From Tagaea sp. (GTDB lineage Bacteria > Pseudomonadota > Alphaproteobacteria > CACIAM-22H2), in NCBI GenBank assembly GCA_965279525.1, contig CBDIIB010000004.1, forward strand, positions 416,001 to 480,000: a DNA stretch of 64,000 nt. Reading direction: 5' to 3'. The notes beneath the pieces are model-generated. The model saw only the letters and a list, made by a program, of their open reading frames with translations, searched no databases and was not told where the DNA came from. The position numbers and the translations under genes are program-made. Below, piece by piece: positions 11,973 through 22,799 of this stretch (positions are counted from its first letter, which is position 1; every line of letters starts with the position of its first letter).

Positions 11973-14723
11973 TTGAGCGACCAGATTCCGCCCTCCGTAG
12001 GCCCTACCGACATCTCGCCGGTCTCGATCGAAGACGAGATGAAGCGCAGCTACCTCGATTACGCGATGAGCGTGATCGTGAGCCGCGCTTTGCCGGACGC
12101 ACGCGACGGATTGAAGCCCGTCCACCGCCGCATCCTCTACGCGATGCAGGAAAGCGGCTACGACTGGAACCGCGCCTACCGCAAGTCGGCGCGCATCGTG
12201 GGCGACGTGATGGGCAAGTATCACCCGCACGGCGACAGCGCCATCTACGAGTCCATGGTGCGCATGGCGCAGGACTTCTCGATGCGCCTGCTGATGATCG
12301 ACGGGCAGGGCAATTTCGGCTCGATGGACGGCGATCCGCCGGCGGCCATGCGCTACACCGAAGCGCGCCTGGCCAAGGCCGCGTCGCTGATGCTGACCGA
12401 CATCGACAAGGAAACCGTCGATTTCCAGCCCAACTACGACGACAGCACGGTCGAGCCGACGGTGCTGCCCGCCGTGTTCCCGAACCTGCTGGTCAATGGC
12501 GGCTCGGGCATCGCCGTCGGCATGGCGACGAACATCCCGCCGCATAACCTTGGCGAGATGATCGACGCGTGCGGCGCCTATCTCGACGATCCCGAGATCA
12601 CGCTCGACGATTTGATGAAGCACGTTCCGGGCCCCGACTTCCCCACCGGCGGCATCGTGATGGGCCGCGGTGGCCTGCGCGAGGCCTACCGCACGGGGCG
12701 CGGCTCGATCCTGCTGCGCGGGCGCAGCCACATCGAGGAGCTGCGCAAGGACCGCGAGGCGATCGTCGTCACCGAGATCCCGTACCAGCAGAACAAGGCC
12801 CGGCTGATGGAGCGCATCGCCGAGTGCGTCAACGACAAGATCATCGAGGGCATTTCCGACCTGCGCGACGAATCCGACCGCGACGGCGTGCGCGTGGTGA
12901 TCGAACTGAAGCGCGACGCGAACCCCGAGATCGTGCTGAACCAGCTCTACAAGTACACCGGCCTGCAGACCTCGTTCGGCTACAACATGCTGGCGCTGGA
13001 CCAGGGCAAGCCCGTGCTGATGGGCCTCAAGGAACTGATCCGCTGCTTCGTGGAGTTCCGCGAGGAAGTCATCACGCGGCGCACGCGCTATCTGCTGCGC
13101 GAGGCGCGCAAGCGCGCGCACACGTTGATCGGCCTTGCGGTGTCGGTCGTCAATCTCGACCCGGTGATCGAACTGATCCGCAAGTCGCCCGACCCGGTCG
13201 TGGCGCGCGAGCGCCTGATCGAGCGCGCCTGGCCGGTCGCCGACATCGGCGCCTATATCGAGATGGTCGGCGAACCCGGGCGCAGCGTCGTCGATGGTAC
13301 GTACCGGCTTTCCGAAGAGCAGGCCAAGGCGATCCTGGAACTTCGCCTGCAGCGCCTCACCGGTCTCGAGCGCGACAAGATCCTAGGCGAGCTCAAGGAC
13401 ATCGTCGCCCAGATCGCCGACTTCATCGAGATCCTGGGTTCGCGCGAACGGCTCTACGCGATCCTGCGCGGCGAGCTCGATGCCTACAAGGCCGAGTTCG
13501 CCGACAAGCGCCGCACGACGCTCGAAGAGGGCGACGGCGAGCAGGACATCGAGGACCTGATCCAGCCCGAGGACATGGTCGTCACCGTCACGCATGCCGG
13601 CTACATCAAGCGCACGCCGCTGTCGAGCTACCGCGCCCAGCGCCGCGGCGGCAAGGGCCGCTCGGGCATGGCGACGCGCGAGGAGGATTTCGTCAGCCAG
13701 GTGTTCGTCGCGAACACGCACGCGCCGGTGCTGTTCTTCACGACGCGCGGGCTCGTCTTCCTGCTCAAATGCTACAAGCTGCCGCTCGGCAACCCGCAGA
13801 ACCGCGGCAAGCCGATGGTCCAGCTGCTGCCGCTGGCCGACGGCGAGCGCATCGCGACGGTGCTGGCCCTGCCGACCGACGCCACGCTGTGGGACAAGCT
13901 CCACATCGTGTTCGCGACGTCCGCCGGCAACGTGCGGCGCAACGCGCTGTCGGATTTCACGAACATCATGTCCAAGGGCAAGATCGCCATGAAGCTGGAG
14001 GAGGCGGGCGAACGTCTCGTCGCCGTCCAGCCCTGCCAGGATACGCAAGACGTCGTGCTCGCCACGCGCGAGGGAAAGTGCATCCGCTTCGCGGTCGACG
14101 ACGTGCGCGTCTTCGCCAGCCGCAATTCCACGGGCGTGCGCGGCATCAAGCTCGGCAAGGACGACGAGGTCATCTCGATGGCGCTGCTGCGCCACATGGA
14201 CCTCGAGACGGTCGAACGCGAGGCGTTCCTGCGCATGGCCCGCCAGCGCCGCGGCATGAGCGACGAGGCGGCGGCCGAGACGGCCGAAGCCGAAACGCCG
14301 GAAGCCGTCGCCGGTGCCGCCCTCGTGCTGTCGGAAGAACGCTATGCCGAGCTTGCGGCGGCCGAGGAAGTGCTGCTCGCCATCACGAGCAAGGGCTTCG
14401 GCAAGCGCAGTTCGTCCTACGAATACCGGCTCACCGGCCGCGGCGGCTCGGGCATCGCCAACATCGAGACGACCGACAAGAACGGCGTGGTCGTGGCCTC
14501 GTTCCCGGTGCGCGACGGGGACCAGCTGATGATCGTGTCGGACGGCGGCACGCTGATCCGCACGCCGGTCGATGACATCCGCATCGCGCGCCGCCAGACC
14601 CAGGGCGTGACCGTCTTCCGCGTCGGCGACGGCGAGAAGGTGGTTTCGGTCGCCCGCCTGGGCGATCTTGGCGGCGACGACACCGCCGAAGCGCCGGGGG
14701 CACCGGCCGGGGAGGGAAAATGA
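11973..14723 (+). CDS. gyrA: DNA gyrase subunit A
   Basis: [30 protein letters not shown], GyrA box QRRGGKG. Confidence 0.99.
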   Translation: MSDQIPPSVGPTDISPVSIEDEMKRSYLDYAMSVIVSRALPDARDGLKPVHRRILYAMQESGYDWNRAYRKSARIVGDVMGKYHPHGDSAIYESMVRMAQDFSMRLLMIDGQGNFGSMDGDPPAAMRYTEARLAKAASLMLTDIDKETVDFQPNYDDSTVEPTVLPAVFPNLLVNGGSGIAVGMATNIPPHNLGEMIDACGAYLDDPEITLDDLMKHVPGPDFPTGGIVMGRGGLREAYRTGRGSILLRGRSHIEELRKDREAIVVTEIPYQQNKARLMERIAECVNDKIIEGISDLRDESDRDGVRVVIELKRDANPEIVLNQLYKYTGLQTSFGYNMLALDQGKPVLMGLKELIRCFVEFREEVITRRTRYLLREARKRAHTLIGLAVSVVNLDPVIELIRKSPDPVVARERLIERAWPVADIGAYIEMVGEPGRSVVDGTYRLSEEQAKAILELRLQRLTGLERDKILGELKDIVAQIADFIEILGSRERLYAILRGELDAYKAEFADKRRTTLEEGDGEQDIEDLIQPEDMVVTVTHAGYIKRTPLSSYRAQRRGGKGRSGMATREEDFVSQVFVANTHAPVLFFTTRGLVFLLKCYKLPLGNPQNRGKPMVQLLPLADGERIATVLALPTDATLWDKLHIVFATSAGNVRRNALSDFTNIMSKGKIAMKLEEAGERLVAVQPCQDTQDVVLATREGKCIRFAVDDVRVFASRNSTGVRGIKLGKDDEVISMALLRHMDLETVEREAFLRMARQRRGMSDEAAAETAEAETPEAVAGAALVLSEERYAELAAAEEVLLAITSKGFGKRSSSYEYRLTGRGGSGIANIETTDKNGVVVASFPVRDGDQLMIVSDGGTLIRTPVDDIRIARRQTQGVTVFRVGDGEKVVSVARLGDLGGDDTAEAPGAPAGEGK

Positions 14724-15286
14724 GCGGACCGCGCGTCGCGATCTATCCCGGCACGTTCGATCCGGCCACCAACGGGCATATCGACATCATCCACCGCGGC
14801 GCGCTGGTCGTCGACAAGCTGGTCGTCGGCGTGGCCGTCAATGCCGGCAAGGGGCCGCTCTTCTCGCTGGAAGAGCGCGTGGCGATCATGCGTGCGGAAG
14901 TCGCCGCGATGCCGGACGTCGCCGCCCGCATCGAGGTCCGCCCGTTCGAAACGCTGCTGATGAAGTTCGCCCAGTCGGTGGGGGCGCGCATCATCGTGCG
15001 CGGCTTACGCGCCGTTTCGGATTTCGAGTACGAGTTCCAGATGGCCGGCATGAACAAGCGCCTCGACCCCAAGGTGGAGACGCTGTTCCTGATGGCCTCG
15101 GAGACCCAGCAGTTCATCTCGTCGCGCTTCGTCAAGGAAGTGGGGCGGCTGGGCGGCGACATCTCGCATTTCGTCAGCCCGCGCGTGGATGCGGCCATGC
15201 GGGCCAAATTCGCCGCCGCAAGGCCCGCCGGCGGCGACGCCGAGCCCACGCTGCTGCCCGTCTCCGTCACGCGGGCACCGCTGTAA
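14720..15286 (+). CDS. coaD: Phosphopantetheine adenylyltransferase
   Basis: [32 protein letters not shown]. Confidence 0.98.
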   Translation: MSGPRVAIYPGTFDPATNGHIDIIHRGALVVDKLVVGVAVNAGKGPLFSLEERVAIMRAEVAAMPDVAARIEVRPFETLLMKFAQSVGARIIVRGLRAVSDFEYEFQMAGMNKRLDPKVETLFLMASETQQFISSRFVKEVGRLGGDISHFVSPRVDAAMRAKFAAARPAGGDAEPTLLPVSVTRAPL

Positions 15287-15307
15287 GCCGATGTCACGCC
15301 AAGGCGG

Positions 15308-15336
15308 TTGACCCCGGGCAGGTGCGGCCCTAGTTT
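15308..15336 (+). promoter_or_regulatory. Sigma-70-type promoter of tRNA-Lys
   Basis: TTGACC-N17-TAGTTT, 22 nt upstream of the tRNA. Confidence 0.6.
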
Positions 15337-15358
15337 TCGCACCGTCTCGTCGAGGCAT

Positions 15359-15434
15359 GAGCCCGTAGCTCAATTGGTAGAGCACGACACTTTTAATGTT
15401 GGGGTTCCGGGTTCGAGTCCCGGCGGGCTCACCA
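15359..15434 (+). tRNA. tRNA-Lys (UUU)
   Basis: 76 nt; acceptor stem GAGCCCG/CGGGCTC, anticodon loop CTTTTAA, T-loop TTCGAGT, 3' ACCA. Confidence 0.97.
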
Positions 15435-15451
15435 GCATTTCCGGATGAAGT

Positions 15452-17602
15452 TCATTTCATTTCGGGTGTGTATCGCGGAACCTGCCGGATCCGGCACATC
15501 GGCTCGAACTTCCCTTTGGAAAGCCGTAGCAGGGCCTTTTCAGGCTTTTCGCGCTGGTACGCCCGCCCGCTTGTCAACTCGACGTAGTTGCGCCCGTTAG
15601 CGGCCAGTATTGCGGCATCGGCGCCACCGCATATCCACCATTTCGATTGAAGCTCCAGAAGCGAACTATTGGGCTCTCCTTTGATCATGGAACTCCCTTC
15701 GATCAGCGAAACGCCGGAGTGATCGCATCCGCAGCCGGCGCCACTGAAAATTCCGAAATGGCCGATCCGCCGGACCTGTCCCGGGCTTTCAAATGTGACT
15801 TCGGCATCGCCGTCGAAACTCGCAAAGTCGCGACCCGTTATCGCGTCGACGGTTTCCTGCTGCATGGTCTTTGCGTCCAACTTCCGCCATTTCACGCGCT
15901 GCTCCAGCGTGCCCGCAAGAAACGCGCCGCAAAGCGGCGCGGACAGATTCTCGGCAAGTCGGGCGGTAAAGCTGCGCCGGAAGGTGCAGATCGTGCCGCG
16001 GCCGGGTTCGACGATCTGGCTTGGCCCCTTGTCGATCACGCCGAGGACATAGGACTTGTTCCGGAACGGAACGATCAGGATTTCGTCGGCGTTATATCCG
16101 TCCACGTCATCGGCTTGATAAGCAGCGGGTCCGTCGTCGAACTCATGGAGACCGTCGACCCTGATGTAAGGGTTCGAGCAGGAGCTGCGCGCATATCCGA
16201 CCGAGAACGTCTTTCTCTCGCCGTCTACGATCGCAGCACCTTTCCCTGTTCTAATGAAATTCTGGCCATCGTTGTTGAAGGCATCCGCAACGTAGTCGCA
16301 GACCGACGCGGCCGATTTGACCGCGTTTGGCAGATTGAACGCCGCAAGAGTGGATGCTTTCGGCGCTTCCCTGCCGGAAAGTTCACGGTATCGTGCATAC
16401 TCAACGGAAGCTTCCTGCCACATCGACGCCTTGTCGTCCTCCGACGCCGCGCTGCGCAGCGTATTCTGAAGCGCATCGGCGAGATTGAGATGCGCGACGG
16501 CACGGCCGGGAGACAGTTCGACGACTTTCCGCAGAACGGGAACGGCCTGGTCGGACTTCCTTGACCAGTCGAGCATGTACCCATAGTCGTTCAGGATGCG
16601 GATGCGCATGGCTTCCGAAACATCCGCCATGGGCCCATCCATCAAACGGAGCACACCCGCAGCTTCGAGTGCCCTCGTCGTCGGGCGAGACCCGAAGCTG
16701 CGGATCTCGAGATCCTGGAAGACGGCAAGGGCCTTGGCGTGGGTACGAATCAGGTTTCTGCCGGTGACCGGCCGCGGAAGAGTGGATTGGATCCGGAAAT
16801 GCCCGCGTCGGAGAGTCAGCACGGCGTCGAGCGTAGCAAGTATCCTTGCGGAATCGACATAGGTGTCGGGGCTGAAAGACCGAACGACCTTCCCGTCGCT
16901 CCAGAAATTGAGCGCGCCATCGCTGTCAAAGGACAGCTGGAACGGTCCGAATACGTCGGTGATTGTTTCGTCCCCGTGGTGCGCGTCCGGCAGAAAATAC
17001 CGGAAGAAAGGTGGAAAAGTGCGAGCCGGTGGAGGATCGAAGGATTTCGGCGCAGATGGATCGCCAATGTCCAGGCCCACGCGCGTGCGCTTTTCGCTGT
17101 TTGTGAGAACGATCCTGTTCCCGTCCGGCGAAATTTCCGCGGGCCACGACTTCGACAACTCCGGAATGTCGGAAATTTCCGATATTTTACGGGGCTGGCC
17201 CGGCTTGGTTATGTCGTACACGACGAATGCCGATCCCGTGGGCCGTGACGTGAAGAAGATCAGTCGCTCGCCATGAACGCGCAGCGAGCCGACCCACTGC
17301 TTGCCAAGATCCGTTTCAAATACTTTCCGCGGCACGGCCGGATTGGAAAGATCAAATATCCAGATGCCGGCGGCGTAGTCAGGATCCTCGAGCTTCCTCG
17401 TAGACCAAGCCACGAAAAGAAAGTTCTGATCGGATGTAAGATCGTAACTGACCCGCGAGATTTGGTGATGCGGGATATTGAAATCGACGCTGCCGATGTT
17501 TTTTATGTCTCGAGCCGGGGCACCGTTTGCCGGATTCTGCTGGGCGGGCAGAAAAACAGTCCAGATCAACAGGCAGGCGAAAGTCAATTGACGCATGTTC
17601 AT
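15452..17602 (-). CDS. Secreted multidomain protein: LVIVD-like repeats + TPR + Cys-rich C-terminal region
   Basis: Hydrophobic N-terminus; IWIFDLSNPAVP, VVYDITKPGQP, GLDIGDPSAP repeats; TPR ILNDYGYML...AVAHLNLADAL; visibly less GC-biased than flanks. Confidence 0.75.
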   Translation of the reverse strand: MNMRQLTFACLLIWTVFLPAQQNPANGAPARDIKNIGSVDFNIPHHQISRVSYDLTSDQNFLFVAWSTRKLEDPDYAAGIWIFDLSNPAVPRKVFETDLGKQWVGSLRVHGERLIFFTSRPTGSAFVVYDITKPGQPRKISEISDIPELSKSWPAEISPDGNRIVLTNSEKRTRVGLDIGDPSAPKSFDPPPARTFPPFFRYFLPDAHHGDETITDVFGPFQLSFDSDGALNFWSDGKVVRSFSPDTYVDSARILATLDAVLTLRRGHFRIQSTLPRPVTGRNLIRTHAKALAVFQDLEIRSFGSRPTTRALEAAGVLRLMDGPMADVSEAMRIRILNDYGYMLDWSRKSDQAVPVLRKVVELSPGRAVAHLNLADALQNTLRSAASEDDKASMWQEASVEYARYRELSGREAPKASTLAAFNLPNAVKSAASVCDYVADAFNNDGQNFIRTGKGAAIVDGERKTFSVGYARSSCSNPYIRVDGLHEFDDGPAAYQADDVDGYNADEILIVPFRNKSYVLGVIDKGPSQIVEPGRGTICTFRRSFTARLAENLSAPLCGAFLAGTLEQRVKWRKLDAKTMQQETVDAITGRDFASFDGDAEVTFESPGQVRRIGHFGIFSGAGCGCDHSGVSLIEGSSMIKGEPNSSLLELQSKWWICGGADAAILAANGRNYVELTSGRAYQREKPEKALLRLSKGKFEPMCRIRQVPRYTPEMK

Positions 17603-17892
17603 CTGAGAGCCTCCGTTTACCGGACCGAGCGGAAATAGAATCCGGATCGGCAATGGAAGATTTTAGCAAAATGCCTCTGCTTATCAAAGGATGTGACGGC
17701 GATGGATAAGATGCGGCATCCTGCATTGCAAAGCCTTGCACCCCGAAGGTCGGCGATCTTCTGCGCTGATCGCGCCGAAGGGGCCCAGTCGCGCCGGATT
17801 CGACCACAAAATGCCCGGGGTGAGCCTTGGCACCGACGCCGAGACTGCGGATTCCCACACTGTGACAGGCGGCCGGCGGAGCGGAATCAGAC

Positions 17893-17908
17893 CGGCACGG
17901 GAATTGCG
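17893..17908 (+). promoter_or_regulatory. Putative sigma-54 promoter
   Basis: CGGCACG-GGAA-TTGCG, near-consensus with GG-N10-GC spacing. Confidence 0.6.
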
Positions 17909-17996
17909 GTGATAGCGGTGGACGCACTGGTTCGAAGTCGCTAATGAATCGTCCGACGCTCGCGTATGTCTTCGCGGCGAACGCTTGGGGTTATGG

Positions 17997-18290
17997 ATGC
18001 CACTCGATTTCAGTGCCGGCCGCGCCCACTACGATGCGGTCCAGAACGGGATCGTCATCGACGTGCGCGACGGCACCAAGCACGTGCCGTGCGTGATCGA
18101 GAAGCAGGCCCTCGCCGATTTCGAGGGCGTGTCGAACGTGTCGCCGGGATCGCTCGTGTCGATCTACCGCAGCCACGCCGAACGCATCAACAAGCTGATC
18201 GCCACGCTCTATGCCGGCGGCCATGCCGACGCGAAGCATGGCCTCCGGATCACCAGCAAGGTCCTCAACGGCGTGCGCCGGAAGACCTGA
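17997..18290 (+). CDS. DUF1488-like small protein
   Basis: [12 protein letters not shown]...[13 protein letters not shown] resembles DUF1488; 97 aa. Confidence 0.65.
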   Translation: MPLDFSAGRAHYDAVQNGIVIDVRDGTKHVPCVIEKQALADFEGVSNVSPGSLVSIYRSHAERINKLIATLYAGGHADAKHGLRITSKVLNGVRRKT

Positions 18291-18315
18291 ATTTCCGTCG
18301 ACGCGGAGACGCGCC

Positions 18316-18861
18316 ATGAACATCGACAAGATCAGGATCGGCACGAAGCCGCCGCACGACGTCAACGTCATCATCGAGATCCCGCTGGGCGGAGAGCCGG
18401 TGAAGTACGAGATCGACAAGCGCTCGGGCGCGCTGTTCGTCGACCGTTTCCTGCACACCGCGATGCACTATCCGGCGAATTACGGCTTCATCCCGCACAC
18501 GCTGTCGGGCGACGGCGATCCGGTCGACGTGGTCGTGGTCGGCCACGTGCCGGTGGTTCCCGGTGCCGTCATCCGCTCGCGCCCGATCGGCGCACTGCTG
18601 ATGGAAGACGAGGCGGGGGCGGACGAGAAGATCCTGGCCGTGCCGGTCGACAAGCTGCACCCGTTCTATTCGGGCGTGCGCGACTACACGGATCTTCCCC
18701 CCATCCTGATCGAGCAGATCGCCCACTTCTTCAAGCATTACAAGGATCTGGAGAAGGGGAAGTGGGTCACGATCGTCAAATGGGTCGATGCCAAGGGCGC
18801 AGCCAAGATGATCCAGGAAGGCATCGCTCGCGCTCGAAAGGGTCGCAAGAAACACGGCTAA
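18316..18861 (+). CDS. ppa: Inorganic pyrophosphatase (family I)
   Basis: [34 protein letters not shown]. Confidence 0.97.
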   Translation: MNIDKIRIGTKPPHDVNVIIEIPLGGEPVKYEIDKRSGALFVDRFLHTAMHYPANYGFIPHTLSGDGDPVDVVVVGHVPVVPGAVIRSRPIGALLMEDEAGADEKILAVPVDKLHPFYSGVRDYTDLPPILIEQIAHFFKHYKDLEKGKWVTIVKWVDAKGAAKMIQEGIARARKGRKKHG

Positions 18862-18975
18862 CAGACTGGAATTGAAGAAAATTAGAGGCAGATTCGAAAC
18901 GATACTTGGTGACAGGAACGCGGTTCGGCGGGAACATCGGGCGACCATCGAAATTCGTCCCTTTGGAGAATCCCA

Positions 18976-19203
18976 ATGGCAGTTTCATCCGCCAACGGCG
19001 CATCCGGACTGACCGCCAGCTTCCTGCCCGTGCTCAAGGCCAGCCTGCAGCGCGGCGAAGAACAGAACAGCGTTTCGCAGGCCGTGACGCAGACGGTCGA
19101 GCAGCAGGTCCAGTCGAGCATCGCGTCGGCCGCAAGCGAAAGCAACGACGCGGCAAGCGTGGCGCTGACCGGCCGCGGCCAGAAGCTGGACATCTCCGCC
19201 TGA
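18976..19203 (+). CDS. Small Ser/Ala/Gln-rich hypothetical protein
   Basis: GGAG RBS; C-terminal GRGQKLDISA resembles the end of YjfB-like small proteins. Confidence 0.65.
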   Translation: MAVSSANGASGLTASFLPVLKASLQRGEEQNSVSQAVTQTVEQQVQSSIASAASESNDAASVALTGRGQKLDISA

Positions 19204-19245
19204 ACGCCTGACAAGGCGGCAATGCGGCGTTAAGCTTCCCGCCGC

Positions 19246-20223
19246 ATGATTCGTGTCGTCATTCTCGGAGCTACCGGTTTTGTCGGCCGCAATGTGGCCG
19301 AGGCGTTCGCTGACGACCCGGCCTATACCGTCGTCGGCATCCGGCACCGCCGGGCGGCCTTTTCCCATCCGCGCATAAGCTGGATCGATGCCGACCTGAC
19401 GACGGAGCAGGGCGTGGCGGCCGCCCTCGACGGCGCCGACATCGTCATCCACGCGGCCGCCGCGACCGCCGGGGCGGGTGCAAATCTGGGCGATCCGCTG
19501 TCGATGATCGTCGACAACCAGGTCCTCAACGGCCGTGTCTTCGCCGCAGCGCACCGGATGCGCGTGCCGCACGTCGTGTGGTTCTCGTGCTCGGTCATGT
19601 ATCCCTCGTCGCCGAAACCCCAGCGCGAGGCGGATTTCGATCCGAACGCCGAGATCCATCCGGCCTATGCCGGTGTCGCGATCACCAAGGTCTATTTCGA
19701 GCGGATGTGCGCCTGGTATGCCGGCCTGGGCGGCACGCGCTTCACCGTGCTGCGACATTCCAACGTCTACGGCCCGCACGACAAGTACGACCTGGCGCGC
19801 AGCCACGTGTTCGGCGCCACCGTCACCAAGGCGCTGACGGCGACCGACGGGCGCCTCGTGCTGTGGGGAACCGGGCGCGCGGCGCGCGATCTCGTGCATG
19901 CCGACGACCTGTGTGCGGCCGTCAAGGCGGCGGTCGCGGCACCTGCGAAGCCCTTCGCGCTCTACAATGTCGGGGCAGGGACGGCCGTGACGACGCGCGA
20001 GCTTGCCGAGCGCATCGTTTCCGCCGCCGGCCGCCCGCTCGAGATCGTGCTCGACCCGGGCCGGCCGACGATCGATACCGAACTGTCGCTCGACTGCACG
20101 CGCATCGCGACCGAACTCGGCTGGCGCCCGCGCGTCGGCCTCGACGAGGGGATCGCGCGCACGATCGCGTGGTGGCGCCAGAACCGGCCGCTCGAAAGCG
20201 CGCCGACGGTACATGCGAAATGA
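19246..20223 (+). CDS. NAD-dependent epimerase/reductase (GDP-fucose synthase-like extended SDR)
   Basis: GATGFVG, SNVYGPHD, SHVF, LWGTGRAARDLVHADD. Confidence 0.88.
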   Translation: MIRVVILGATGFVGRNVAEAFADDPAYTVVGIRHRRAAFSHPRISWIDADLTTEQGVAAALDGADIVIHAAAATAGAGANLGDPLSMIVDNQVLNGRVFAAAHRMRVPHVVWFSCSVMYPSSPKPQREADFDPNAEIHPAYAGVAITKVYFERMCAWYAGLGGTRFTVLRHSNVYGPHDKYDLARSHVFGATVTKALTATDGRLVLWGTGRAARDLVHADDLCAAVKAAVAAPAKPFALYNVGAGTAVTTRELAERIVSAAGRPLEIVLDPGRPTIDTELSLDCTRIATELGWRPRVGLDEGIARTIAWWRQNRPLESAPTVHAK

Positions 20224-21137
20224 AGGTCAGCCTCGTCCTTCCCAGCCTGTTCCCGACGCTGATCGACGGCGCCATCGCGGCCGCGCATGAAGCGGCAGCC
20301 GGCATCGAGCACGAGATCATCGTCGTCTCGCCCTACGAGATCTCGCGCCCTGGCGTGCGCTGGGTTCCGGAAACGGCGCCGCGCGGTTCCATCGCGGCAT
20401 GCAATCTGGGCTTCTCGCACGCCAGCGGCGACGTGATCGCGCTGATCGCGGACGACAACCGCCTGACGGAAGGTGCCCTTCGCCTGTCGCTGGCGCATCT
20501 GGCCGCGCGCGAAGGGGCTTGCCCGACGCTGCTGCTGGGATTCCCGCGCCGGGTCCGGCATCTCACGTTCGTGGGCTCGGTCTACGGGCGCTACTATCCG
20601 TATTTCTTCGTGGCGCGGCCTTCGACGCTGGCGCGCGTGGGCGGTGCCTTCGACGAGGGGTTCCGCAAGCATTTCGCCGATCCCGATCTGGGCATGCGCG
20701 TCTGGGCGGCCGGCGGGCGCTGCGAGATCGTGCGCGAGGCGACGATCGTCGATGTCGACACGCGCGGCGCCGCCGGCACCGCACCGGACAAGGCGCTGGG
20801 GTCCCAGGCGGCCGATTTCGCGCGCTTCGCGCAGCGCTGGGGACCGGGCTTTCCGGGCTGGGGCGACATGTCCGACGGCATCAATCTCGACCTCGCGGTC
20901 GACCTGCTGCCGCTGCTGGGGGCGGGCGACACCGTTGAAGTGCGCGATCCGGCGAAGATCGTCGACCTGCGGATCCTCGGCGCGCTGACGCTGATATCGC
21001 TGCACCACGGCGTGCCGGTCGGGATGGGGCGTGCGCTGCAGGCGCTCGAATATCTGCGCTGGCTGTCGGGGGTTGCCCCGGATGTCCTCAATATCGTGGT
21101 ATCCGGCGGTAACCGGGCGACCCTGGCACGCCCCTGA
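20220..21137 (+). CDS. Glycosyltransferase, GT2-like
   Basis: MKVSLVLPS, EIIVVS, ACNLGF, IADD, FDEGF..HFADPDLGMRVW; ATGA overlap with epimerase. Confidence 0.78.
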   Translation: MKVSLVLPSLFPTLIDGAIAAAHEAAAGIEHEIIVVSPYEISRPGVRWVPETAPRGSIAACNLGFSHASGDVIALIADDNRLTEGALRLSLAHLAAREGACPTLLLGFPRRVRHLTFVGSVYGRYYPYFFVARPSTLARVGGAFDEGFRKHFADPDLGMRVWAAGGRCEIVREATIVDVDTRGAAGTAPDKALGSQAADFARFAQRWGPGFPGWGDMSDGINLDLAVDLLPLLGAGDTVEVRDPAKIVDLRILGALTLISLHHGVPVGMGRALQALEYLRWLSGVAPDVLNIVVSGGNRATLARP

Positions 21138-21253
21138 GCGCGCTTTTATCCCGCGCATTCGCCGAGTCGTTCGTGATAAAATCCCTTCCATCGGTGGTGT
21201 AGCGGACGCTTTGCGCCACACGAATGCATTTTGTTTCAGGGGCTTGTGGGAAC

Positions 21254-22000
21254 ATGGCGCCGCCGCAGAAATCCGTCTTCACGGCCGAGAAGCTGCTGAT
21301 GCGCAACGGCGCGATCAAGCCGAACGGCGGGGCGATGCCCGTCGTCGCGGCTGCGCTCAATGGTGCTTCGCATGCCGACGACGGACGCACGGCCGCCGCG
21401 ATCGAAGGGCTGCGGGGCGACATCCAGGGCATCGCGCGCAAGATCGACAGCTTCGTCAATCTCGACCACAACGAGATCGACCGGGTGCGCAACGAGGTGC
21501 TGGGGATCGCCAGCCGGATCGAGCAGACCAAGCGCGAGATCGGCGCGCTCAAGCACCCGCTGGCGCAGGAAGACAAGCTTTCCAGCGCTTCGATGGAACT
21601 GTCGTCCGTCGTGGCGCAGACCGAGGACGCCACGTCGCGTATTTTCGACGGCGTCGAGCGCATCGAGGAAATCTCGCGCGAGGTCCGCGCGATGAACATC
21701 GACGAATTCGCCAAGGACCGCGTGTCGGAGATATCCGACATGTGCACCGGCATCATCGAGGCCTGCTCGTTCCAGGACCTGACCGGCCAGCGCATCAACA
21801 AGGTCGTGCGCACGCTGGCCTTCATCGAGGAGCGCGTGCAGAAGATGCTCGAGATCTGGGGGCCGGGCGAGATCGGGCAAATGCCGCTGCCCGACGAGAA
21901 CCCGCTCCACGTCAAGGATACCGGCGGCGTCGTGCTGCACGGTCCGCAGGATGCGGACAAGACCAATTCCCAGGCGGATATCGACAAGCTGTTCGACTGA
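21254..22000 (+). CDS. cheZ: Alphaproteobacterial CheZ-like phosphatase
   Basis: TEDATSRI, EACSFQDLTGQRINKVV, C-terminal SQADIDKLFD. Confidence 0.85.
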   Translation: MAPPQKSVFTAEKLLMRNGAIKPNGGAMPVVAAALNGASHADDGRTAAAIEGLRGDIQGIARKIDSFVNLDHNEIDRVRNEVLGIASRIEQTKREIGALKHPLAQEDKLSSASMELSSVVAQTEDATSRIFDGVERIEEISREVRAMNIDEFAKDRVSEISDMCTGIIEACSFQDLTGQRINKVVRTLAFIEERVQKMLEIWGPGEIGQMPLPDENPLHVKDTGGVVLHGPQDADKTNSQADIDKLFD

Positions 22001-22269
22001 TGAGCGATTCACCCGACATCCTGCTGGCCAAGGCGATCCGCAAGGCCGACACCCGGTATTTCTTCGAGGACTACACCAAGCAGGCGTATGCCGCGATCGA
22101 AGCGCTCGACCGCGCCGGCTTCATGATCGTCCCGAAGGTTCCCACGCGCGAGATGTTCGACGCCGCCAAGAAGGCGATCGTCTACGGGCAGAACAAGCCC
22201 GGGAACATCGTGCTGCCGATCTGGGAGGCGATGGTCGACGCTGCCCCCGGTCCCTACGGCGACGACTGA
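22000..22269 (+). CDS. Hypothetical protein (89 aa) coupled to cheZ
   Basis: TGATG stop/start overlap; MSDSPDILLAKAIRKADTRYFFEDYTKQA...; host-like codon usage. Confidence 0.75.
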   Translation: MSDSPDILLAKAIRKADTRYFFEDYTKQAYAAIEALDRAGFMIVPKVPTREMFDAAKKAIVYGQNKPGNIVLPIWEAMVDAAPGPYGDD

Positions 22270-22272
22270 CCG

Positions 22273-22746
22273 TCAGGTTTTGCGGGGCATGCGCGGACGT
22301 TCGTCCGGGGGCAGGCGCATCAGGCGAGTCGTCGATGTCGCACTGACGTGCGTGTAGCCATAAGCCGCGGTGCGCCCCTGCGCGTCCAGGGCCGCGACCT
22401 CGATCCGGATGCTGAAGCTCTGCGACTCACCCGGACATATGCCGCGGTAGCCCTCGAGCGCGCCTTCGGGAATCTCGCCGCCCGCCAGCCGGACGTCGAA
22501 ATCCACCGGCGGCGCATAGATGACGCTGGTATTGGTCATCCGGACCCTGTAGCGGCCGGGCCCCGGCGCTTCGTCGAGTGCGATGGGCGGCGATACGCCG
22601 AGCGCGCACAGATGCCGGATGTCGAGGAAGCTGCGCACGCCCATCTGGGGGACGTTCGCAGGGCCGGGCCGCTCGCTGGCGCAGGCCGCAAGGACCGACA
22701 GGGCGATCGCCGCGACGGCGGCGGCGCGTATGGTTCCAAAATCCAT
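22273..22746 (-). CDS. Putative lipoprotein (possibly PEBP/YbhB-like)
   Basis: Lipobox LAAC; SPPI, YRGICP, IEVAALD. Confidence 0.65.
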   Translation of the reverse strand: MDFGTIRAAAVAAIALSVLAACASERPGPANVPQMGVRSFLDIRHLCALGVSPPIALDEAPGPGRYRVRMTNTSVIYAPPVDFDVRLAGGEIPEGALEGYRGICPGESQSFSIRIEVAALDAQGRTAAYGYTHVSATSTTRLMRLPPDERPRMPRKT

Positions 22747-22799
22747 GCGACTGTTCTACCTTGCCCGTCCGATTTGGCAAACTGGGTTCCCGCACCGAC

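Noticed and set aside
15435-17990. Prophage or integrative element at tRNA-Lys (likewise at tRNA-Ser)
   Set aside because: No integrase, phage gene or direct repeat of the tRNA 3' end was found.
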